This document shows, piece after piece, positions 57,922 to 64,000 of a stretch of DNA of 64,000 nucleotides (position 1 is its first letter; every line of letters starts with the position of its first letter). The notes beneath the pieces are model-generated. The model saw only the letters and a program-made list of their open reading frames with translations. It did no database searches and was not told the origin of the DNA. This DNA is from Oligoflexales bacterium (GTDB lineage Bacteria; Bdellovibrionota_B; Oligoflexia; Oligoflexales; JAPPIL01). The DNA lies in the NCBI GenBank assembly GCA_965215515.1, contig OZ244057.1, forward strand, positions 1,760,001-1,824,000, in the 5' to 3' direction. A program made the translations under genes and the position numbers.

Positions 57922-59220
57922 TCATAACTTGATGACATTGATGTTACGCACATAAATGTGGCGTGCTCGTGCCTCTGTTGCCGCAGGTGATTGCTGACGA
58001 TTGACAAAGACAGATTGTAAACCGAGACGCTGCTCGCCTTGCGGGAAACGGGTCAAATCAAAGTAAACGGCAACATTGACACGCTGGCTAGGAGGTGCGC
58101 TCGCCCTGTGCTGTGCAAGACGGGCAGCGGGCAGATTAGTGGTGAACAACGCAGGAGCAAAACTATTGGCACGCAGGCGCGCATTACTGTGCATGTTAAC
58201 CAACACCGCATATTCAGGAGCGTGCATGCCTAGCCAGTAGCGCAACCGTGCGCTGTGTCGCTCACTCTGTGCGGAACGGTAGCGAGGCATGTTGGTCTCG
58301 ATACGCATCGTTTGCGGGTTCTCAACGAGAGCAAAACCGTAATACATCTCGCTGCCACGGTTAAGCACCTTGCGATTGTCAAACGGTGCATAAATAAGCG
58401 CAGGCAAATGCAACGAGTCAGCAAAAAAAGACATCTCGGTAAAAAACCCTGGATTGAACTTGAGTTTGAGAATTTTCCACACAAAATCAACCCTGATAAC
58501 CGTGCGTATCGGCCCCGCTCGCCACGCGGACATTTTGGTTTCTATGGTGTCCTGGTTTTCTTCAAAAGTAAGAAAATACTTAAAATCAAGCTTCAGATAA
58601 AAACTCGACCAATCGATCAACGAAACATGCTTGCGGCCTAATTTAAACAACACCTCTTCAATGGCAAGATAGTTACGCTTGTTTAAACTCAACCGATAGT
58701 TGGCCGTCTCAACAGTCGATGTCATCTGGTTGAATTGCACATAGGACTCAGCCGTAAGAGGAGGAGGACTTTTGAGAAAAATAGCGACATAAAAAGTATT
58801 ATGCTGCCCACGACGGCTAGTGACCACCTCGTAAACACGGAAAGGTTTGTTGCTGAAAGGCCAATGTATGGGTGGCTGACGAATCCCGAGGTCGCCGCTC
58901 ATCAACGATAACTCATCGAGACGATCGAAAATATAATTAGCCTTATCATGAGGACGATCGCTGCCGAAAACAAAATCGCCGTAGACGTTCATTTCGTCGA
59001 TTTGAAAAGGAATTGCCACCGCCCTGCCGTCGGGTGCAGTCCTGAACACACGCAGGAAAGAAACAGGGTAGTTAACGATAGGATCGATATCTTCTGCCCT
59101 GAAAACTATCGGCACGGAAGGCAGAACAAGCTGAGGTGGAGCACTGCCATTGGCCAGCACACCGTCTGCCCTACCGACGTAGAGCACCGTCAGCATGACA
59201 TACGCTAGTCTCATCCGCAC
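57922..59220 (-). CDS. Secreted hypothetical protein
   Basis: Signal-like N-terminus; IPFQIDE...DELSLM...GPIR; GGAGG RBS. Confidence 0.7.
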   Translation of the reverse strand: MRMRLAYVMLTVLYVGRADGVLANGSAPPQLVLPSVPIVFRAEDIDPIVNYPVSFLRVFRTAPDGRAVAIPFQIDEMNVYGDFVFGSDRPHDKANYIFDRLDELSLMSGDLGIRQPPIHWPFSNKPFRVYEVVTSRRGQHNTFYVAIFLKSPPPLTAESYVQFNQMTSTVETANYRLSLNKRNYLAIEEVLFKLGRKHVSLIDWSSFYLKLDFKYFLTFEENQDTIETKMSAWRAGPIRTVIRVDFVWKILKLKFNPGFFTEMSFFADSLHLPALIYAPFDNRKVLNRGSEMYYGFALVENPQTMRIETNMPRYRSAQSERHSARLRYWLGMHAPEYAVLVNMHSNARLRANSFAPALFTTNLPAARLAQHRASAPPSQRVNVAVYFDLTRFPQGEQRLGLQSVFVNRQQSPAATEARARHIYVRNINVIKL

Positions 59221-59250
59221 CCTCCCTCAATGACTGCACCACCGCCTTAG

Positions 59251-59280
59251 ATTCTACCCGTTCTCCTAACCGTTGTGCAA
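59251..59280 (-). promoter_or_regulatory. Putative sigma70 promoter for the 57922-59220 gene
   Basis: TTGCAC-18 nt-TAGAAT. Confidence 0.45.
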
Positions 59281-59284
59281 AGTA

Positions 59285-59473
59285 TAAATCCCCAGACAGA
59301 GAGGTCGCGATCGTCGCTCACGAGGGGCGCAGCGAACTTGTCGCATAACTCAGCAGGCAACAGGCGCGCCAGCAAGGGAGAGTTCGCTGACGCACCATCT
59401 CCAGCCGAGAATTCCAACCGTACCCGCGCTGGAATGCCATCGCAGCACCGTATGCTTAGACGGTCGGAATTTT
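59285..59473 (-). ncRNA. Candidate structured ncRNA (~190 nt, 6S-like size)
   Basis: Ends pair (AAATTCC/GGGATTT); inner stems GCGAT/ATCGC and CAGCGAACT/AGTTCGCTG; TATAAT just upstream. Confidence 0.4.
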
Positions 59474-59553
59474 TCAAAAATTATAAAAAAATAAGAAATT
59501 TAACTTTTAATTCAATGTTTTACGTCGATACTTTGCTGTAATTTGATGAAGAA

Positions 59554-61062
59554 TTAAATTCTGACAATTTGGTATGGTTCGCGTTCCCACGCGGGGTCGT
59601 GCCAAGGTAAGGCGAGCAATTCGATACGGATGCTGAATTTTTTTTGCAGATGGTCGAGGTGTTTTTTTTCTTCGCTAGTGATAAAGCGGTAGATATCCTC
59701 CCTGACCCTCAGCTGCATGCGGTTGGTTTTAGTGTGGTGGTAGATACGGTGCACATCGCGAAAAAGTTCGTAGGCGATAGTGGCGTTGCTCTTTTGATGG
59801 CCGCGTCCCTCGCAGGCAGGGCAGGTGGTGGTGAGCGTTTTTTCTAATGATTCACGCGTGCGCTTTCTTGTCATCTGTACTAGCCCGATATCGCTAATTT
59901 TTAAAATACTGGTGCGTGCCTTGTCATATTTCATCTGTTGTAGCAGAGCGTTGTAGACTTTATCACGATCGGCTTGGGTGTCCATGTCGATAAAGTCGAT
60001 AACGATAATACCGCCTATGTCTCGCAATCTAATCTGCGTAGCAACGACCTTGACCGCTTCGAGATTGGTCAACAAAATGGTCTTGCTGGGGTTTTTGCGC
60101 CCTGTATACTTGCCTGTATTGATGTCGAAGGTTGTCAGTGCTTCCGTCTCGTCGACTACCACAAAACCGCCTGAAGGCAAGTCGACACGTGCCTGCAAGG
60201 CCAGGTCTATGTCCCGCTCGATACCGTAGATGTCGAAGACGGGTACATTGCCACGATAAAACTCAATCTTGGCAGTTGAATTGTCGTCAATTTTTTTAAA
60301 AAAAGCCAGTAACTCTCGGTGGCTACTTTCATTATCGACGACTATTTTTTGCACTTCGTCGGTGTACAGATCGCGCGCCACCCGTGTGACAATGGAATAG
60401 TCCATGTGTAGCAGATGAGGGCTTTTGCCACTGTCCTTGCGGGCGGTCATTTTTTCCCATAGTTCCGTCAAGTAGAGCAGATCACGGTGCAGATGTTCCC
60501 TTCCTACCTTTTCTGCTGCGGTGCGTACGATAATACCCAGCGGCTTTTCTCTGATACTGCTGATCAGTTCACGCAACCGCCGTCGCTCTGTTTCGCTGGC
60601 GATTTTGCGTGATACCCCCGTGCGGGAGGAGGCGGGCAACAGCACTAGGTAGCGCCCTGGCACTGCTACCCCCATTGTCAAGCGCGGCCCTTTCGAGCCA
60701 TATGACTCCTTGATGACCTGCACGACGATCCGTTGCCCTTCCCGAATCAGTTTCTCGATCGGTTGTTGGTTGGCGGGGTAAGGACTGTCACCTTCTTCCT
60801 CGTCGTCGGCGACCTCCGCACCCAGCGCATCTTTTGCGTAAAGGAAGCCTGCCTGTCCGACTCCGATATCGACGAAGGCCGACTGCATGCCAGGCAAGAC
60901 ACGGATGACTCTACCGAGATAGACATTGCCGACGATGCTTTGTTTGTGGTGGCGCTCGATATGAATGTTGACCAGCTCGTCTCGCTCCAGCAAGGCGATG
61001 CGTGTTTCAGAGACACTGGCGTTGATGATTATCTGTTTAGTTGCCACGTTCTTCGTGTCCAA
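59554..61062 (-). CDS. rng: Rne/Rng family ribonuclease (RNase G-like)
   Basis: GNVYLGRV, PGMQSAFVDIG, DINTG, GGIIVIDFIDM, CPACEGRG. Confidence 0.92.
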   Translation of the reverse strand: MDTKNVATKQIIINASVSETRIALLERDELVNIHIERHHKQSIVGNVYLGRVIRVLPGMQSAFVDIGVGQAGFLYAKDALGAEVADDEEEGDSPYPANQQPIEKLIREGQRIVVQVIKESYGSKGPRLTMGVAVPGRYLVLLPASSRTGVSRKIASETERRRLRELISSIREKPLGIIVRTAAEKVGREHLHRDLLYLTELWEKMTARKDSGKSPHLLHMDYSIVTRVARDLYTDEVQKIVVDNESSHRELLAFFKKIDDNSTAKIEFYRGNVPVFDIYGIERDIDLALQARVDLPSGGFVVVDETEALTTFDINTGKYTGRKNPSKTILLTNLEAVKVVATQIRLRDIGGIIVIDFIDMDTQADRDKVYNALLQQMKYDKARTSILKISDIGLVQMTRKRTRESLEKTLTTTCPACEGRGHQKSNATIAYELFRDVHRIYHHTKTNRMQLRVREDIYRFITSEEKKHLDHLQKKFSIRIELLALPWHDPAWEREPYQIVRI

Positions 61063-61169
61063 GACGGCATCCCATACCCACTGATTAGAGCACTTTTAGG
61101 ACAAAATATGCAAGGATACTTTATCAATCCAGCCAAATGCTGTTATGATGAAGCTAGGAGGCGAGGCGT

Positions 61170-61955
61170 ATGCGAGAGCACATCCCCCACCCGCAACGAG
61201 TCAGCCTTACTTGGTTCGTTGGCACAGGTCGGACGCGTTTTTTGTCGGTGCGTGTTGTGCACCTCAGGGCGTTGGCGCTGTTTGCTGCGGCACTGGTGCT
61301 GTGGGGGGGGCTGTCCCTGTACTTCATCTTCGGCTTGGTACGAGAGACGGCGCAACTACAGGGCATTCTGCAAAATTCGCTCACGGCCTTGTTCGATTAT
61401 CAAAGTCGTTACGATGGGGTTTACGAGCTGGCTTATCAGATAACACCGCCTGTCTCGCCGTCTTCTGCCCCCACGGTCGTTGCGACCAGCTCCCCCGCGC
61501 CCCCTACTCCCCTCAAACCTCTGCATGTGCGCAGAGCACTGCCCGATCCCCAACTGGCCAGCGGTGAGCGCAAGGACTGGCCCTTGTTGGTGAAGCAACC
61601 GTTGTTCACCGCGACAGGGAAAGAGTTTGTGTTGCAGGTACAGCTGCGCAACGCCCACAAAGGCAGGAAAACCGTGCGTGGCGAGATCACGGCACAGGCC
61701 AAGCTCGTGCGTAGCGATGGCCAAGAACTGCTACTATCCCCTGCGCAACAAGGCAGCGGCAAGTACCGCATCAAAAACCGCAAAACCCAAACCTTCGGCT
61801 TCGTGCTCCCCCCCGCCAGCGCGGGACGTATCGTGCATATCAGCATCAAGATGCGCAACGCCGCCAAGCAGCGTGCGACTTGGCTGCTGCCGATAAACGT
61901 GCCCTATACCACCGCTCCCTCCCGCCTGACACTCAGCAAGAGCATCTCGCCCTAA
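61170..61955 (+). CDS. Membrane-anchored hypothetical protein
   Basis: N-terminal TM, helical segment, Pro/Ser linker, beta-rich C-terminus. Confidence 0.6.
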   Translation: MREHIPHPQRVSLTWFVGTGRTRFLSVRVVHLRALALFAAALVLWGGLSLYFIFGLVRETAQLQGILQNSLTALFDYQSRYDGVYELAYQITPPVSPSSAPTVVATSSPAPPTPLKPLHVRRALPDPQLASGERKDWPLLVKQPLFTATGKEFVLQVQLRNAHKGRKTVRGEITAQAKLVRSDGQELLLSPAQQGSGKYRIKNRKTQTFGFVLPPASAGRIVHISIKMRNAAKQRATWLLPINVPYTTAPSRLTLSKSISP

Positions 61956-62044
61956 CTTCCTCGTCCTCTATCCTCCGCAGCTCGTCTTCGCACAACACTT
62001 GTGCTACAATTTTTTTAGATGCGCTACATTCACGTGAGGAAGGC

Positions 62045-63097
62045 ATGAACGCATTTATTTTGTTTTTAATTTTGTTTACTTTTGCTTGTGAAAACAGAGA
62101 TCGTCGCTACTTTTACTATAAAGATCGAGATGATGACTATCGTGCCGTTATCAGCAGAATCAGGGATGTAGGGGTGAACAGGCGTTTTGACGTGCGGGCA
62201 ACACTCAAGGATCACCGCAATGATACCTTCACGGCGCGCACGGAAGTGGAGTTGCTCTTGATTGGCGGTAATCGTAACGCCGAGTTGCGTGGTGACACGG
62301 AGAGAAAGACTACCCGCGGGAGGGTTACCTTTTCTAATTTGCGTATCGATCGCGGAGGAAGAAATTATCGTCTAAGGTTAACCTTTGAGATCGATGATGA
62401 AATTTACTACAGTAGGAGTAATTATTTTGATGTGATTGATGACGATGATTATGACGATGATGGTATTTCTATTGGAGGGTCACTGTTCAGTGTGGAGATG
62501 GATGGTTTGCCTGACCGTATCGAAGCGGGACGGGCGTTGCCTGACTTAACTTTTACCATGAAGATGCTCGGGAACGAGAGCACTGGCGGAACGGTAACGC
62601 TTAAAGTACGAGATACACGAGGCGCTAAGCGTGACGATGCTTTGCTGGTATGGCGCAACCCTTCCCTCAGTGCTGGTGTCAGTAGCGGCAAGGCGGTGTT
62701 TACGGAAGCTTTTTTTACTCAGGAGCTCGATGAAGGTGCGGAACTGATTGCCCGAGCGGTGCGTTTTGTGGGCACAGAAGAATTTTATTTGCCTCGTGTC
62801 CGTCCTGCGGTGATCACGGCAGATGTGAGTCGCGTTACGGTGAGTATGGGCAACACCCAGGTATACGCTGTTCTGCGCATCGATGATCTGCCCTGTGTGA
62901 ACTGCACTGTAAACTCCTACCTTGTCGGTGGCGATAAAGTCAAAGATGCGGCTGTGACAACCACCGACAACAACGGCATGTTCGTTGCCACCATCGCTGA
63001 TTGGGTTTGCATAACGGGCAGGTCTTATCAGGGGGCGGTGAAAGTTTTTCACATGCGCAGCAACTACTATACCATGCTGCGCGCTAACTGCGGCTGA
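62045..63097 (+). CDS. Lipoprotein with Ig-like domains
   Basis: FTFAC lipobox; GAGGAAGG RBS; GRVTFSNLRIDRGGRNYRL. Confidence 0.7.
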   Translation: MNAFILFLILFTFACENRDRRYFYYKDRDDDYRAVISRIRDVGVNRRFDVRATLKDHRNDTFTARTEVELLLIGGNRNAELRGDTERKTTRGRVTFSNLRIDRGGRNYRLRLTFEIDDEIYYSRSNYFDVIDDDDYDDDGISIGGSLFSVEMDGLPDRIEAGRALPDLTFTMKMLGNESTGGTVTLKVRDTRGAKRDDALLVWRNPSLSAGVSSGKAVFTEAFFTQELDEGAELIARAVRFVGTEEFYLPRVRPAVITADVSRVTVSMGNTQVYAVLRIDDLPCVNCTVNSYLVGGDKVKDAAVTTTDNNGMFVATIADWVCITGRSYQGAVKVFHMRSNYYTMLRANCG

Positions 63098-63125
63098 TTA
63101 CCTGCCTCACTTTCTCGCGCAAGAA

Positions 63126-64000
63126 TCACTTAGATATAGGTGATTCAAAGTCTTCGTCTGCACCTTGCATAATGTAGGTATCGGTGAAAGGATCGCCTGT
63201 TTTGCTATCGTATTTTTGTTGATAACGATACATTTGTTTTTCATCGATAGATACAATTTCAGCACGAGCCTTATTACGAAGATGGCTTGCTGCCGAGTAG
63301 TTGCGCACTATCTTACTGAATTTAGCACGGGCTTTCCGCAAGTTTTTTTTGCCGTAACGATAGACAAGTGCGAGATGAAGCATAATTTCATCGCTGGTGG
63401 CGATATCTAATCCGTCTTCAAAAGCCTCAATTGCATCATCGAATTTGTTGCGCAGATAATAAGCAATACCCATGCCGAGATATGCAGATTGGCAATCACT
63501 ACAACGTGTGATCACTTCTTTAAAAGTCTCATGCGCGTAAAAGGAGTTTTTGGCACGTAGATAGAGAAAACCTAAATTCAAACCGCTGGCGACCTCTGTG
63601 TTCGAACGATAAAAAGCATGTCTAAAAATTGCCGCGGCTTTTTTAAAATCATTGTCATTTCTGGCATTATACAGTGTGCACAGACCGAGCACATTTTGTG
63701 CCGCGGCATTGGTATTGTTCAAGCGCAATACCTTGTGAGCATAGAAGCGTGCACTGCGATATTTTTTTTCCATGAACAGGGCACTGGCATATAGGGTTAG
63801 TAAACGTTCATTGCCAGGCTTTGACGCTAAGCGATTTTTAATCTTAAGGCTGGCAACATTCCAACGCCCTCTGGCAAGGATATCGTTGATAGGATCATCG
63901 TCAGAATAACTAAAATCAAGCCAAGCGCTACTGCCTTTGTTAGCATAGGAGGGAGAAGTCTTGCCACCTGATTTTACAATGCGGTAGTCCTGCGACTTAA
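63126..64000 (-). CDS. TPR protein, 5'-partial (start lies beyond the window)
   Basis: Frame stays open from 63773 to the window edge; TPR motifs NLGFLYL, AYLGMGIAYY. Confidence 0.8.
   Translation of the reverse strand, partial: KSQDYRIVKSGGKTSPSYANKGSSAWLDFSYSDDDPINDILARGRWNVASLKIKNRLASKPGNERLLTLYASALFMEKKYRSARFYAHKVLRLNNTNAAAQNVLGLCTLYNARNDNDFKKAAAIFRHAFYRSNTEVASGLNLGFLYLRAKNSFYAHETFKEVITRCSDCQSAYLGMGIAYYLRNKFDDAIEAFEDGLDIATSDEIMLHLALVYRYGKKNLRKARAKFSKIVRNYSAASHLRNKARAEIVSIDEKQMYRYQQKYDSKTGDPFTDTYIMQGADEDFESPISK

Noticed and set aside
59247..59477. 76-aa and 88-aa ORFs in the intergenic region after rng
   Set aside because: No RBS or protein-like features; extensive base pairing favours an RNA element

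Overview
Gene-dense bacterial chromosome segment with about 57 CDSs and one tRNA. I see no CRISPR array, transposase or phage module. Gene content points to Bdellovibrionota/Oligoflexia (inference): a DgcB-like FHA-GGDEF cyclase, a GYF_2-like membrane protein, an orphan FliG_C protein, PilZ and TPR proteins, and many novel lipoproteins. Housekeeping genes: partial folD (missed by the ORF track), lysS, xseA/xseB, rpsB-tsf-frr (no pyrH), dusB, tRNA-Leu(TAG), rpmI-rplT (no infC), suhB, lepA, thiI, glpG, tsaC-like, rng-like, mrp. The best candidate for an undescribed system is a four-gene exported operon at 11685-16240: a CxxCH protein, a lipoprotein, a Tat-exported DUF1501-like protein and a c-type cytochrome-like lipoprotein. 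Other highlights are a ~190-nt end-paired candidate ncRNA with its own TATAAT (59285-59473), an RBS-sequestering leader upstream of an oxidoreductase-folD operon, a single-chain BtuC/FecCD permease-ATPase fusion, a His/Tyr-rich repeat lipoprotein, a toxin-like modular lipoprotein, and an XseA with an extra N-terminal domain. All family calls come from motif recognition by eye; no searches or folding programs were run. Several start codons were adjusted from the ORF track using RBS, overlap or signal-peptide context.
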